In this document: in pieces, positions 1-19,739 of the stretch
Layout of the letters: each line of letters starts with the position of its first letter
How positions within the stretch are numbered: position 1 is the stretch's first letter
Assembly: GCA_036253495.1 (NCBI GenBank)
Contig: GCA_036253495.1_4125.1
Direction: 5' to 3' (one strand)
From: a phage
Length of the DNA: 64,000 nt
Notes under the pieces: generated by a model
Databases searched by the model: none
Told to the model about the DNA's origin: nothing
Seen by the model: only the letters and a program-made list of their open reading frames with translations
Position numbers and translations under genes: made by a program

Positions 1-89
1 AGTACTGGATTAAATTATCCATTACTCAAACGTATTCCTCCAACCAATTTCTTTGGGTATAAAGAATATAAAATTAAAAAGGATAAGGA

Positions 90-482
90 ATGAAACCATA
101 TACGTTCTACACTATTAATACCGTTGTAGATATAGGTGATGGTAGTACTCCAACTATAATCGATTCAAAATTCACAGGTGCTATGAATTTGTCCCGATTA
201 CTTGAAGCAATCATGGTGCATGATTATCCAATGATGGTAAGTGTTGTTAGAGATGAAGTTGATTTGACTAAAGGAAACAATTCTGAATTTTACAGCTTAC
301 CATCGTCATGGGGAAAATGTATTGTTAGTACTTTCAAATTTGCATTACCAGTTGATGTTAATTTGAGATTAAATGGAATACCATTAGTACTACCTACAGT
401 GGTTAATAATAACCGCATTACAAAATTTATCACAACGAATTGTACTCGTAATATTAGCATCAGTAAACAGACCTTTTCTTAA
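90..482 (+). CDS. hypothetical protein
   Basis: 130-aa ORF; ATG preceded by AAGGA; no recognisable motif. Confidence 0.5.
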   Translation: MKPYTFYTINTVVDIGDGSTPTIIDSKFTGAMNLSRLLEAIMVHDYPMMVSVVRDEVDLTKGNNSEFYSLPSSWGKCIVSTFKFALPVDVNLRLNGIPLVLPTVVNNNRITKFITTNCTRNISISKQTFS

Positions 483-535
483 TTGTGATAAATATCATAA
501 AGCAAGACTAAGGTCTTTTTTATTTTGGAGAATAT

Positions 536-1492
536 ATGGACATGCAACAAACCGCAAGCGAACTACAGAAGTTTGCTGATGCTCATGGAATGAACATCGA
601 TGTGGCAATTATTATTGATAATATGGATGCAGGTGATTTCGTTGCTCTTAATGGTGCAATGGATAATTCAGACAACCGTACAATTATGCAATTGCTACAA
701 AAATATAAAGCACATATGAGTGAGAGTTATAATTATTTTAGCCCAACCAATTTTATGAAACACATCAATGAATCATCTGAATTGTGTTCTAAAGTTGACT
801 CAATGAGTGCGAAAGAATTAACCGAACATTATCGTTCAATGAACACCTACTGTGATGTATCCAGTCTTAGTATTCAAGAACTTAAAGCTTTGGTTTTTGA
901 AGATATCACTTCACAGCTAAAATCAAATCAAGCCGTGAATATGAACAATAATACGCAACAAATGAATCCACAAACACAAGCAAAACTTAAACAAGCGGAA
1001 TTACAAAAGAACGCTAATAATATGCAAGTTACTGTTCCTGGGTCACAATCTGGAACTGATGCTGTTGAGCCAGTCGTTGGTGTTGATATTGGTGCAACCC
1101 CAGACCAATCTTTGGTTATTACAAAAAATGGTAATAAACCAAATGAATTAAATGTATTTTCACTTGATGATGTAACTCCGGTTGATATGCAAAATCAAAA
1201 AGTTACTGAAGATCAAGAAACCCGTGTTTCTGATGAAAAAGACCCCAATGAAATCAATGATGAATTGATGGCTCCCCCTGATAATGCAGGTCTTTCAACC
1301 GATGAGCCAAGTGACTCACCATTGACCAATCATCAGCCTGGTATGGGTGAGATGATTCATGCAATCAATGATATTGAGAAAGAAGAAGACCTTTCTGGTG
1401 AAGAAAGTCAAATGGGTAATAGTGCTCAATCGGATAATGATGATATTATTAACCAAATTATTGATGCTTGTTCGAGAATGAGAGGACTATAA
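536..1492 (+). CDS. hypothetical acidic protein
   Basis: 318-aa ORF, GGAG before ATG; D/E/N/Q-rich low-complexity C-terminal half. Confidence 0.55.
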   Translation: MDMQQTASELQKFADAHGMNIDVAIIIDNMDAGDFVALNGAMDNSDNRTIMQLLQKYKAHMSESYNYFSPTNFMKHINESSELCSKVDSMSAKELTEHYRSMNTYCDVSSLSIQELKALVFEDITSQLKSNQAVNMNNNTQQMNPQTQAKLKQAELQKNANNMQVTVPGSQSGTDAVEPVVGVDIGATPDQSLVITKNGNKPNELNVFSLDDVTPVDMQNQKVTEDQETRVSDEKDPNEINDELMAPPDNAGLSTDEPSDSPLTNHQPGMGEMIHAINDIEKEEDLSGEESQMGNSAQSDNDDIINQIIDACSRMRGL

Positions 1493-1710
1493 TGCGTACT
1501 GTTCCGAATTTACACGGACACAATACTATGGTTTCCAACGAAGAATATAAGTTATTACAAAAAATAAAGGCACGCGGTACTGTGCCTGTTAAAAATGTCA
1601 ATGAATACTATGAAGAATTGGCTGAAAAACTTGTATCTCGTGGTGTTCTAAATAAGGAACAGAACGATGATGGTGATGAAGTATATGTGTCAATAAGGAG
1701 TAAGAAATGA
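1492..1710 (+). CDS. hypothetical protein
   Basis: Start moved to ATG 1492 (TAATG overlap with upstream stop, GAGAGGA SD 8 nt upstream); track ORF began at 1468. Confidence 0.45.
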   Translation: MRTVPNLHGHNTMVSNEEYKLLQKIKARGTVPVKNVNEYYEELAEKLVSRGVLNKEQNDDGDEVYVSIRSKK

Positions 1711-2396
1711 ATTACGAATATGACCAAAAATCGGTTGACATGATGACTAACTTACTAAGTGGTTTGAATGATATCGAGTCTGGTAATGTGTCTGCATCAT
1801 CTGGTGCACATTATAATACTGGTGGTGATATTGGGGCAATGACTGATATTTTGACCTCATTAAATGAGGCTGGTATGAATTACGGTGAACCAGTACAACA
1901 GGTACACCAAGAACATCCTCATGTAACAACATATAATAGCCCTTACAATGAACACATTATGGGGCATCCAGCGTCCACACCACAATACGCACCTAGTGCC
2001 AGTACTAAACCAAAAACCAACTGGAGTTTAGTAGAAGAGAAAGTTCCAGGAACTAAAAATACAAAAACCTATAGTATCAAAAGTAATCATAGCTCACAAA
2101 TACTAATGAATAATATCATGATGTACGAAGCTGCACTTACTTTAGTTAACTTATTAAATGAAGGTCGAGTATTGACTGATGCTAAAATTTTAGGTATCAT
2201 TAGCTCTGGGATGCAATTCACTCATGTGATGAACGAAGCACTTAATGCTGCAAAGAAGAGACAACAAGTATTGAATGAGTCTAAGTACGATGAAGCTAAA
2301 GATCTAGACGTACTAATTGCTGAAAAGAAAGCAGAAGCATTTAAACTTAAAGAACGTGTTATGAACTTCCTCAAGAGTGAAGGTTATATCAAGTAA
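1707..2396 (+). CDS. hypothetical protein
   Basis: 229-aa ORF, ATGA overlap with upstream gene. Confidence 0.55.
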   Translation: MNYEYDQKSVDMMTNLLSGLNDIESGNVSASSGAHYNTGGDIGAMTDILTSLNEAGMNYGEPVQQVHQEHPHVTTYNSPYNEHIMGHPASTPQYAPSASTKPKTNWSLVEEKVPGTKNTKTYSIKSNHSSQILMNNIMMYEAALTLVNLLNEGRVLTDAKILGIISSGMQFTHVMNEALNAAKKRQQVLNESKYDEAKDLDVLIAEKKAEAFKLKERVMNFLKSEGYIK

Positions 2397-2429
2397 ATAA
2401 ATTTAGGATATTTTTATAAGGAAATACAA

Positions 2430-3059
2430 ATGTCAAATTACAAAAAACTAATGGAGTCTTCTTCTAAGGCTGAAGCAATGACTTTTATTAAACTCAACGA
2501 ATCCAATATCGAAAAAGCAGAAATTGTTTTGGCAGTTAAAGGTGAAATCGTTGATAAGCTACAACGTCAATCTGAAGTTATCAACAACATGGGCGTTGAC
2601 GTACTAGGCCCACTACTTGACCGTATCAAAGCTGAGCAAGGTCTAGATGCAGCAGAAAACTTTAAAAACAGCGTTAGTGGTTTACTACAACAAGCAGTAA
2701 CAACACTAATGGATGTTAAGGACAAGATCAGTACTGAAACTCTAAAGCTAACTGGTGATATCACTGATGCACCAGACGTATCCGATTTGGGTGCTGATGA
2801 GTTTGATGTTGATGTAACTTCTGAACCATCTTTTGATATGGGTGCAGATGCAGATTTCGAAGAAGACCTAATTTCAGAACCAATCCCAACCGAACGTGAA
2901 ATGAAAGAATCAGTACAATTCACAAAAATTGGTGTTGAGATGGAAAGTGTTCGTGGCACTATTGGTACTAAGTACTTCTCGAATAAAGCAGAAATGAATT
3001 CTTGGCTAACTGAAAACCAACACAAAATCAAAAAAGTTTTGGGCGTTGTGAAGAAATAA
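2430..3059 (+). CDS. hypothetical protein
   Basis: 209-aa ORF; predicted coiled-coil N-term, acidic middle. Confidence 0.55.
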   Translation: MSNYKKLMESSSKAEAMTFIKLNESNIEKAEIVLAVKGEIVDKLQRQSEVINNMGVDVLGPLLDRIKAEQGLDAAENFKNSVSGLLQQAVTTLMDVKDKISTETLKLTGDITDAPDVSDLGADEFDVDVTSEPSFDMGADADFEEDLISEPIPTEREMKESVQFTKIGVEMESVRGTIGTKYFSNKAEMNSWLTENQHKIKKVLGVVKK

Positions 3060-3069
3060 GGATATAATT

Positions 3070-3402
3070 ATGAAATTCAGTGATCTAACTGAAGATGCAC
3101 CACCAAAAGACATTCGCAACATGATCACATCTATTGCATTGTCTCTGGTATCTTCTGGTCGTGAAGAAGTGAATTTGCAATCCTTAATTTCCGAAATTAA
3201 AAAAAGAACTAACATCGACGTACCTTACAATGTGATGATGGATATTCTTAACACATTGCCATTTGTACAAGATGTTAATTCTGATATAGTGAAATTTGCA
3301 GGTGCTGATGGGGACACAAATCCATCACCTGATGGACAAGAAAATTCAGAAGAACAGGTTACCGACTGGGCTACTAAAGCTGCATCTGTGACTAAAGATT
3401 AA
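3070..3402 (+). CDS. hypothetical protein
   Basis: 110-aa ORF directly after upstream stop. Confidence 0.5.
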   Translation: MKFSDLTEDAPPKDIRNMITSIALSLVSSGREEVNLQSLISEIKKRTNIDVPYNVMMDILNTLPFVQDVNSDIVKFAGADGDTNPSPDGQENSEEQVTDWATKAASVTKD

Positions 3403-3450
3403 AAAAATTGAGACAAACAAAAATATAGTGCTATAATTAGGAGTACACGG

Positions 3451-4170
3451 ATGTACACACCACCGATTGTTAGCAGATATACTTATGTTGATTATAAAAG
3501 AATTGAAGGCGGCTCTGAAGGTCGCCTTTATTCTACTCCAACGGGTAATCTGCCGTCAGTAACAACAATACTTAGTGCCACTTCAGATAATGAAGGTTTG
3601 AAGAAATGGCGTGAGTTTGTTGGAGAAGAAAAAGCAAATGAGATAACGTTGGAAGCCTGTACTGTTGGTACTTTCATGCATGAAAATTTAGAATTCCGTT
3701 TGGAAGGTAAACCGGACCATGAAGGTGGAATGCCAATACGAGTTCTTGCACGAAAAATGGCTGATAAAATCCAGTCAGAAGCATGGCCTCGAATCAACGA
3801 GGTATGGGGTCAAGAAGTTCCTTTATTCTATGAAGGTTTGTGGGCAGGAACAACAGATTTAGTTGGTGTTCATGATGGTATACCTACGATAATGGATTAT
3901 AAAAACTCCCGAAAACTCAAAACATGGGAACATATTGAAAATTATCGTATGCAAATCGCCGCGTATGCATTAGCACATAATCAAATGCATGGTACTAACA
4001 TTGAGCGTGGTGTGATTTTTATTTGTGTAAGAAAAGATCCACAAAATTTACAATATCAAGAATTTGTTATTGAAGGACAAGACTTTAAAGACGCAGTTGA
4101 TATGTGGATTGGTCGTGTAGAACAATATTATATTTTACGTGGAGAAATTGAAGCCAATGGAGCAGCATAA
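3451..4170 (+). CDS. putative PD-(D/E)XK family nuclease (RecB/Cas4/YqaJ-like)
   Basis: 239 aa; AGGAG SD; motifs ...IMDYKNSRK... and QIAAYALAH (QxxxY) typical of RecB-fold exonucleases. Confidence 0.5.
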   Translation: MYTPPIVSRYTYVDYKRIEGGSEGRLYSTPTGNLPSVTTILSATSDNEGLKKWREFVGEEKANEITLEACTVGTFMHENLEFRLEGKPDHEGGMPIRVLARKMADKIQSEAWPRINEVWGQEVPLFYEGLWAGTTDLVGVHDGIPTIMDYKNSRKLKTWEHIENYRMQIAAYALAHNQMHGTNIERGVIFICVRKDPQNLQYQEFVIEGQDFKDAVDMWIGRVEQYYILRGEIEANGAA

Positions 4171-4717
4171 ACAAATGAAACAAGACTTATATATTATCAA
4201 AGCACTACGTAGTAAAGGTTATGAAATTGATGAAGTTATGGCAATGAGCATTGAGGAAATCGAAGCATTACCACTACCACAGCGTATCATTGAAAACGCA
4301 AAGGATTACAAAGCTCGTGGTGCTAAGCCAGTAGAAGTAATCAAAGAAAAGATTTTTGAAGATATTAGTGTAGATGAAGCATCTCGTAATGTTAAACCTG
4401 AAGTTATCGAAGAATACGTAGAAAATTCAGAAGATCAAGAAAAAGCACTAGAAGAAGTAAAACAAATTGTAGAAGAACAACAAGAATCTGTTGAATCCGA
4501 AGAAGATGTTGTTGTTATTGAGCGTATCGAAGCTTCCAAAGAAGATCTAGATATCATCAAAACTTCTCTACAATCAAAAGAACTAAAAACTGTAGCAGCA
4601 TATATCAAACACCTAAAAGCTGAAGTTCCAGAAGCAATTCTTGCAGCGGTTGATAGTTCAGTTGTATCTCGTTTAGTTAACGAGCGTATTGCTGAAGTAA
4701 AAGAAAATGCTAAATAA
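4139..4717 (+). CDS. hypothetical acidic protein
   Basis: 192-aa ORF; start uncertain (ATG at 4139, 4157 or 4175); glutamate-rich. Confidence 0.45.
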   Translation: MEKLKPMEQHKQMKQDLYIIKALRSKGYEIDEVMAMSIEEIEALPLPQRIIENAKDYKARGAKPVEVIKEKIFEDISVDEASRNVKPEVIEEYVENSEDQEKALEEVKQIVEEQQESVESEEDVVVIERIEASKEDLDIIKTSLQSKELKTVAAYIKHLKAEVPEAILAAVDSSVVSRLVNERIAEVKENAK

Positions 4718-4745
4718 TCCTATAATACTATAGGAGAACATTAGT

Positions 4746-5327
4746 ATGGCACAACAACAGATTGCGTTGCAGCAAATTAGAACTGGCAAACAGCGTGATT
4801 TACCAGATGCATTAGAAAAAGGTCAATTGGCATTCAGTACTGATGTAGGTCGTATGTTTGTTGGTTTACCTTCTTCATCTGACCCAGCTAGTATTGTAGC
4901 GGGTAGAACATGGGAAACTGACCCTAATTCTGGTAAAGAAAACGTGGAAATCATCACAGAATTTACCCCGTGGCAAACTGTTTCTAAAATTATAAATCGA
5001 CCATTCGTTTATGATTTACTTAAAGATGTAGAGACGTATGACATTTATATTCAAAGTCAAAGTCGTGTATTCGTTGATTACATTGCTTATAATACCAGTA
5101 ATACAATTCTTGAATCAGGAACTATTCAAATTGTAACGATTGGTGGAAACACTCTACTAACCCAATTTAACAATACCAACAGACCAGATGCTATTATATC
5201 TATTACATTCGAAAATCCAAGTTACGATGAACAAACTAAAAATATGAGTTTCACAGTTCGTAATAATGATTTTGCAGAATCAGGATATACTTTAGAATTT
5301 GTATACCGTGGGTGGGACAAACCTTAA
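4746..5327 (+). CDS. hypothetical protein
   Basis: 193-aa ORF; TATAAT-like box and GGAGA SD upstream. Confidence 0.55.
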   Translation: MAQQQIALQQIRTGKQRDLPDALEKGQLAFSTDVGRMFVGLPSSSDPASIVAGRTWETDPNSGKENVEIITEFTPWQTVSKIINRPFVYDLLKDVETYDIYIQSQSRVFVDYIAYNTSNTILESGTIQIVTIGGNTLLTQFNNTNRPDAIISITFENPSYDEQTKNMSFTVRNNDFAESGYTLEFVYRGWDKP

Positions 5328-5346
5328 AAGGCGTCCCGCCTTTTTC
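5327..5346 (+). terminator. intrinsic terminator
   Basis: GGCG-TCC-CGCC hairpin followed by TTTTT. Confidence 0.55.
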
Positions 5347-5406
5347 TTCCCCATAATTTTGCAGTACTAAATATTGAACTGAAATAATGAGTAACAAGGA
5401 TGATAA

Positions 5407-7725
5407 ATGATTAACGTAACCAAACGTGATGGTTCAAAGGAACCGTTGAATCTGGACAAAATTCACCAAATTTTATTCTTTTCGTGTGAAGGTCTAAGTG
5501 GTGTGTCTGTATCTGAAATCGAGATTAAAGCACAACTACAATTTTATGAAGGTATTGAAAGTAGTACTATTCATGATATTCTTATTAAATCCGCTGCTGA
5601 ACTAATCACAGAGGATACCCCGAATTATCAATACGTTGCTGGTCGCCTACTAAACTATAGTATTCGTAAGCAAGTATATGGACAATATGAGCCAATTAAA
5701 TATTCTGCTCATCTACAGGAGATGGTAGACACTAAGATTTATGATCCTGAAATCCTAGAAAAATACACCCTACAAGAAATCGAAGAACTGGGTAAGTATA
5801 TCAAGCATAAGCGTGATGACCGTTTCACCTATGTCGCAATGCGTCAATGGGAAGGGAAGTATTTGTGTAAGAACCGTGTAACCAAAAAGATTTATGAATC
5901 CCCGCAAATGGCATACATGACCATTGCCGCAATTATCTTTATGGGTTATGATAAAGACGTTCGTATGTCATATGTTAAGAAGTTTTATGATGCAATCAGT
6001 AACTTCGACATTAGTCTACCTACACCAATCATGGCTGGCTTACGTACTAATACACGTCAGTTTAGCTCATGTGTAGTACTAAACGTTGGTGATAGTCTAG
6101 ATAGTATTGGTTCATCAAACCATGCTATTTTGCGTTATATCTCACGCAAAGCAGGACTTGGTATCAACATGGGACGTATTCGTGCACTTGATTCTGAAAT
6201 CCGTGGTGGTGATGCAGTACATACTGGTTTGATTCCATTTATCGCAAGTACTGCAAAAACCGTTAAAAGCTGTTCACAAGGTGGTGTGCGTGGTGGTGCA
6301 GCAACTGTGCATTTCCCATTGTGGCATTTAGAATTTGAAAGTTTAGTTGTATTAAAGAATAACAAAGGTACTGAATTTAACCGAGTACGTCAACTAGATT
6401 ATTGTTTCCAGATTAATAAAACTTTATATCAACGTTTGGTTGATAATAAAAATATTAGTTTCTTTAGTCCTGGTGATGTTCCTGGGTTATATGAAGCATT
6501 CTGCTCTAACCAAAAAGAATTCGAGCGTCTATACAAGAAATATGAAGCAGACCCAAGTATTCGTAAGAAAGTGGTTCCAGCATTGGAAGTATTCAGTACT
6601 TTAATGCAAGAGCGTGCAGAAACTGGTCGTATCTATATTCAAAATATTGACCATGCAAATACGCATTCACCATTTGATGAAGTTGTTGCACCTGTTGAGC
6701 AATCCAACTTATGTCAAGAAATCGCACTACCGTCAGTGCCATTTGATGATATTAATAATGGTGATGGTCTAATTAGCCTATGTACTCTAAGTGCAATTAA
6801 CTGGGGTAATTTTGAAAATCCAGAAGATATGGAGTTGGCGTGTGAGTTGTCAGTTCGTGCATTAGACTCTCTATTAGACTATCAGGACTACCCCGTATTG
6901 CACGCAGAACGAGCTACAAACCTCTATCGTCCATTGGGTGTGGGTATCATTAACTTCGCTTACTTCTTAGCTAAGCGTGGCTTACGTTACGATTCTAAAG
7001 CATTGGATACCGTAAACACATGGACTGAAGCATGGTCATATTATTTGCTTAAGGCATCCGTCCAACTGGCAAAAGAAAAAGGCCGCTGTGAAGGTTTTGA
7101 AAATCTGAAATATGCAAAAGGTATTTTGCCTATCGATACCTATAAATCAGATATTGATGAATTAGTTTCTTCTGAGTTGAAACAAGACTGGGAATCATTA
7201 CGTGCTGATATCAAACAATATGGTATTCGTAACGCAACAACTATGGCATTAATGCCAGCAGAAACTAGTGCACAAATCAGTAATAGTACTAATGGTATCG
7301 AAAAACCGCGTTCGCTAGTATCACGTAAAATATCCAAAGATGGTATTTTGAAACAAGTAGTTCCTGAGATTGGTAAATTGAAGAATAAGTACGATCTACT
7401 ATGGGATCAAAAAGATAATATTGGTTATCTACAAATCTGTGGTATTCTTCAGAAGTATATTGATCAAAGTATTAGTGTCAACACTAGTTACAATCCTGAG
7501 CATTTCCCAGAAGGGAAATTACCAATGTCTACACTTTTGACCGAATTGATGTATGCGTACAAAGTAGGTCTTAAGAACCTTTACTATCATAACACCAATG
7601 ATGGTTCAGATGAAATCGACGTTGAGAAACTACTAAATGAATCAGCACCAAAAGAGAAAGGTGGTTTTGTATTACCTGACCTCACTGGAATGGATGCTGA
7701 TGACTGCGACAGTTGCAAAATCTAA
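5407..7725 (+). CDS. nrdA: ribonucleoside-diphosphate reductase large subunit (class Ia NrdA)
   Basis: 772 aa; N-terminal ATP-cone (VTKRDGSKEPLNLDKIHQIL), NLCQEI catalytic region, C-terminal CDSCKI redox cysteine pair; uninterrupted. Confidence 0.9.
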   Translation: MINVTKRDGSKEPLNLDKIHQILFFSCEGLSGVSVSEIEIKAQLQFYEGIESSTIHDILIKSAAELITEDTPNYQYVAGRLLNYSIRKQVYGQYEPIKYSAHLQEMVDTKIYDPEILEKYTLQEIEELGKYIKHKRDDRFTYVAMRQWEGKYLCKNRVTKKIYESPQMAYMTIAAIIFMGYDKDVRMSYVKKFYDAISNFDISLPTPIMAGLRTNTRQFSSCVVLNVGDSLDSIGSSNHAILRYISRKAGLGINMGRIRALDSEIRGGDAVHTGLIPFIASTAKTVKSCSQGGVRGGAATVHFPLWHLEFESLVVLKNNKGTEFNRVRQLDYCFQINKTLYQRLVDNKNISFFSPGDVPGLYEAFCSNQKEFERLYKKYEADPSIRKKVVPALEVFSTLMQERAETGRIYIQNIDHANTHSPFDEVVAPVEQSNLCQEIALPSVPFDDINNGDGLISLCTLSAINWGNFENPEDMELACELSVRALDSLLDYQDYPVLHAERATNLYRPLGVGIINFAYFLAKRGLRYDSKALDTVNTWTEAWSYYLLKASVQLAKEKGRCEGFENLKYAKGILPIDTYKSDIDELVSSELKQDWESLRADIKQYGIRNATTMALMPAETSAQISNSTNGIEKPRSLVSRKISKDGILKQVVPEIGKLKNKYDLLWDQKDNIGYLQICGILQKYIDQSISVNTSYNPEHFPEGKLPMSTLLTELMYAYKVGLKNLYYHNTNDGSDEIDVEKLLNESAPKEKGGFVLPDLTGMDADDCDSCKI

Positions 7726-7730
7726 TAATT

Positions 7731-7755
7731 AATCCCACTTCGGTGGGATTTTCTA
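7731..7755 (+). terminator. intrinsic terminator
   Basis: ATCCCAC-TTCG-GTGGGAT hairpin plus TTTTCT. Confidence 0.7.
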
Positions 7756-7770
7756 CAAAAAGGAATATAA

Positions 7771-8895
7771 ATGTCAGTCTTTAAAATTAACGAAAAATCA
7801 CACTTAGAAAAAAATATGTTTTTTGATGAAAGTGTTGACATTCAACGATTTGAAAGTGTAAAATATTCAGCACTAGAGAAACTAACTGAGCAACAAAAAA
7901 GTTTCTTCTGGACACCTGGTGAAGTTGATGTAACCAAAGATAAGATTGATTTTGCAGGTTTATCACCATCTGAAAAGCATATCTTTGATTCGAATCTAAA
8001 GCGTCAAATCTTACTTGATTCGGTTCAGGGTCGCGGTCCAAACTTGATGCTTCTCCCCTATGCATCATTACCAGAATTAGAAAACTTCATTGAAACTTGG
8101 GCATTTTTCGAAGGTGCAATCCACAGTAAGTCATATACGCACATCATTCGTAATATCTATGCAAATCCATCAGAAATTTTTGATACTATGCTTGATATTC
8201 CAGAAATCACCGATTGTGCGGCAGATGTGTCTAAGTACTATGATGAACTGGATGAGCTAGGTACATGGTACAAAGTACTGGGTGAAGGAACACATAATGT
8301 CAATGGTAAAACTATTGTCGTTGATATGTACGAACTTAAAAAGAAAATGTGGCTGTGCTTGAATAGTATCAACATTCTTGAAGGCGTTCGTTTTTACGCT
8401 TCTTTTGCTTGTTCCTGGGCTTTTGCTGAAAATAAATTGATGGAAGGTAACGCAAAGATTATCCGTCTAATCTGTCGTGATGAAAACCTACATCTTGCCG
8501 CAACCCAAATGATTCTACGTCTTCTTAAGAAAGAAGATCCAGACTTTGCAAAAATTGCAGAAGAGTGCTATGATACAGTACAAGCAATGTTCATTGATGC
8601 CATTGAACAAGAAGAAAAGTGGGCAGACTATCTATTCAAAGATGGTTCTATCATTGGGTTGAATGCAGAAATCCTAAAACAATATGTTCGTTGGATTGGT
8701 TCTAAACGTATGTCCGGTGTTGGTGTTAAATGTCCGTACAGTGTATCAAAGAACAATCCACTACCTTGGACTGAACACTGGATTACAAGTGCAGATGTTC
8801 AAGTCGCACCACAAGAAACTGAAATCAGTTCATATATCATTGGTGGTATTGTGAACGATGTGAATGAAGATACTTTTACTCCATTCAAACTATAA
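7771..8895 (+). CDS. nrdB: ribonucleoside-diphosphate reductase small subunit (NrdB)
   Basis: 374 aa; di-iron/tyrosyl-radical signatures (EGVRFYASFA, DENLHL); immediately downstream of nrdA. Confidence 0.9.
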   Translation: MSVFKINEKSHLEKNMFFDESVDIQRFESVKYSALEKLTEQQKSFFWTPGEVDVTKDKIDFAGLSPSEKHIFDSNLKRQILLDSVQGRGPNLMLLPYASLPELENFIETWAFFEGAIHSKSYTHIIRNIYANPSEIFDTMLDIPEITDCAADVSKYYDELDELGTWYKVLGEGTHNVNGKTIVVDMYELKKKMWLCLNSINILEGVRFYASFACSWAFAENKLMEGNAKIIRLICRDENLHLAATQMILRLLKKEDPDFAKIAEECYDTVQAMFIDAIEQEEKWADYLFKDGSIIGLNAEILKQYVRWIGSKRMSGVGVKCPYSVSKNNPLPWTEHWITSADVQVAPQETEISSYIIGGIVNDVNEDTFTPFKL

Positions 8896-8906
8896 TAATC
8901 TAACCT

Positions 8907-8932
8907 AGGGGATTCAACTGAATCCCCTTTTA
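8907..8932 (+). terminator. intrinsic terminator
   Basis: AGGGGATTCA-AC-TGAATCCCCT perfect hairpin then TTTT. Confidence 0.75.
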
Positions 8933-8946
8933 CATGGGTATATTTT

Positions 8947-9120
8947 ATGAATGATATTTTTTCAATTGAGCCTGGTATCGTCTATGAGTTTGTTGTTGTA
9001 GGTGGATACAAAATTACTGGTTCTGTGATTGCAGTACGTGATAATGGTATGATCTTAAATGATGGTACACATCTCGTGCAAGCACATGTGATAATGTTTA
9101 CACCTAAAATTGAAGAATAA
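8947..9120 (+). CDS. small hypothetical protein (57 aa)
   Basis: ORF below 60-aa track cutoff filling the intergenic gap. Confidence 0.35.
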   Translation: MNDIFSIEPGIVYEFVVVGGYKITGSVIAVRDNGMILNDGTHLVQAHVIMFTPKIEE

Positions 9121-9145
9121 TCTGGTACTGTGTGTTTTATGGTGA

Positions 9146-14728
<5,583 letters not shown>

Positions 14729-14772
14729 CAATAAATAATCAAAAGTGCTTTGTATAATGGAGAAAATATACA

Positions 14773-15339
14773 GTGAACAATTTATTAAAAGTATTTAAAA
14801 TCAGTGTGTCTGGTACAAATCTAGATAACAAAATGTATAATCAATATGATGATTATGATTCATCAGATGCAACACTAGCACCAACTGATGCAGAAACTAA
14901 AGCGAAAAGTATTGCTTACTTGCGTATGCAATATGTAACTCGTTTACTATCTGAATATTCAGTACCTACCTATTATACCGTAGAATTCGGTACTGAAGGT
15001 ACAGCAAAAACCATCCCTTCTGATGCAACTATTCATGTTGGGTATATTAGTTATGAGCCATTCTTAAGTACATTGAGTGCCGAAGAACAAAAAGAACTCA
15101 CAACTGAAGATCTAAAAACTGCCGCAGCAGCTAAAGTTATTCAGGATATGCTAAATGCAGCATTAACTGGTAACGGTACTAATGCATTAGAACAAGAACA
15201 AATTTCAGTTCAAAAAACCATCCAACGTATTGATAATGCTTTTGAAAAAACCACCATTGATTTTGTGGAATATGAAAACATTTACGTTGATGTGCCATCT
15301 TTGGCTGATGCAACCGAAGTAACATACGTTAAACTATAA
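14773..15339 (+). CDS. hypothetical protein
   Basis: 188 aa; GTG start 9 nt after GGAGA; TATAAT box upstream. Confidence 0.5.
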   Translation: MNNLLKVFKISVSGTNLDNKMYNQYDDYDSSDATLAPTDAETKAKSIAYLRMQYVTRLLSEYSVPTYYTVEFGTEGTAKTIPSDATIHVGYISYEPFLSTLSAEEQKELTTEDLKTAAAAKVIQDMLNAALTGNGTNALEQEQISVQKTIQRIDNAFEKTTIDFVEYENIYVDVPSLADATEVTYVKL

Positions 15340-15363
15340 TTTTTATTACATGGAGTTCTTGAC

Positions 15364-15558
15364 ATGGAAGACAAATCATTCTATGATCGTATCATTGATG
15401 ACAAAGGTGTATTCGACAAAGTTGTATATGACCTTGACATTATGATTAAAAATGCACCAAATCCACGAGTTCGTACTCAAGCTGAGTTTGCAAAAACTTA
15501 TCTCATTCAAGTACAAGCTATTTGTGATGCATTAAAAAAACACAATAATGGAGCTTGA
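15364..15558 (+). CDS. hypothetical protein
   Basis: 64-aa ORF with GGAG SD. Confidence 0.45.
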   Translation: MEDKSFYDRIIDDKGVFDKVVYDLDIMIKNAPNPRVRTQAEFAKTYLIQVQAICDALKKHNNGA

Positions 15559-15631
15559 CAGAAATCAATTATTGTTATACAATCTTTACTGTAACCAACA
15601 CCTATTACAAACTATTTGGAGCTTTTATTAC

Positions 15632-18875
<3,244 letters not shown>

Positions 18876-18876
<1 letters not shown>

Positions 18877-19730
18877 TGCCATCTAAATCAAAATCACAAG
18901 CAAGACTATTTGCTGCTATGGCTCATGATCCAGAGATAGCAAAGTCACACGGCGTATCCACTGATACTGCGAAGGAATGGAATCATGCTGATGAAAAAGC
19001 TGGAAATCTTAAAAAAGGGGCGAAGTTGCCCCAACACGTTAAAAAGAAAACTACTGAATCTTCAATGAAAGGTTGGGTGGATATCATTCAAGATGCAGAA
19101 ATTGCACAGGACAATCCTGAAATTGATGATACAATGGATGTACACGCAGATGATTGTGAGTGTGAACAGTGTTGTCAAAATAAAGAACATCACTTCTATG
19201 AAAATACTGAGAAGTTGGAAGAAATGCCACAACGCTTTGATAGTTTTCAGGGCCAAGACCGTGATGAGTTTGTAGATAAGACAGCAGAAATGACAGGTAA
19301 GCATAACATGGTAATCTTTGCTAAGCACAATGATTATGACGTTTATCAGAATAAGAATGGTACTGGTTTTATCGCATATGATAAGAGCGGTAAACAACTA
19401 GCTATTGTTAGTGGTTATACTTCTAATGATGCAGTACTAGGTGTTCAGAATGTTTTCGAAATCGCAGCAACTGCATCTAAAACAGGCACAAAAGGTATCA
19501 TTTACACTATCTTTATGGATATGCTAAAGCACGGCTACGCTATACTTAGTGATAGTTTACACACTGATGATGCAATTAAATTTTGGACTAGACTAATTGG
19601 ATCACATCAAGTGTACATTGTTGGTGGTGGTGAAGTTTTAGCAAAGGCAACACCAGAAAAAGTTCACAAATATTGGAGTGATGATGAGACAAGCCCAAGT
19701 GCTGAGTTACAATTACTCCTTGTTAAATAA
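18876..19730 (+). CDS. hypothetical protein
   Basis: 284 aa; start overlaps upstream stop; Cys cluster CECEQCC. Confidence 0.55.
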
Positions 19731-19739
19731 GGATACTAT

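Noticed and set aside
1747-1932. 61-aa minus-strand ORF
   Set aside because: Lies entirely antisense inside + strand CDS 1707..2396; no RBS; compositional artifact
2567-3031. 154-aa minus-strand ORF
   Set aside because: Antisense to CDS 2430..3059; Ser/Thr-rich low-complexity translation typical of antisense frames
5407-7725. Possible intein or intron in nrdA
   Set aside because: ORF length (772 aa) and continuous motif order match an uninterrupted class Ia NrdA
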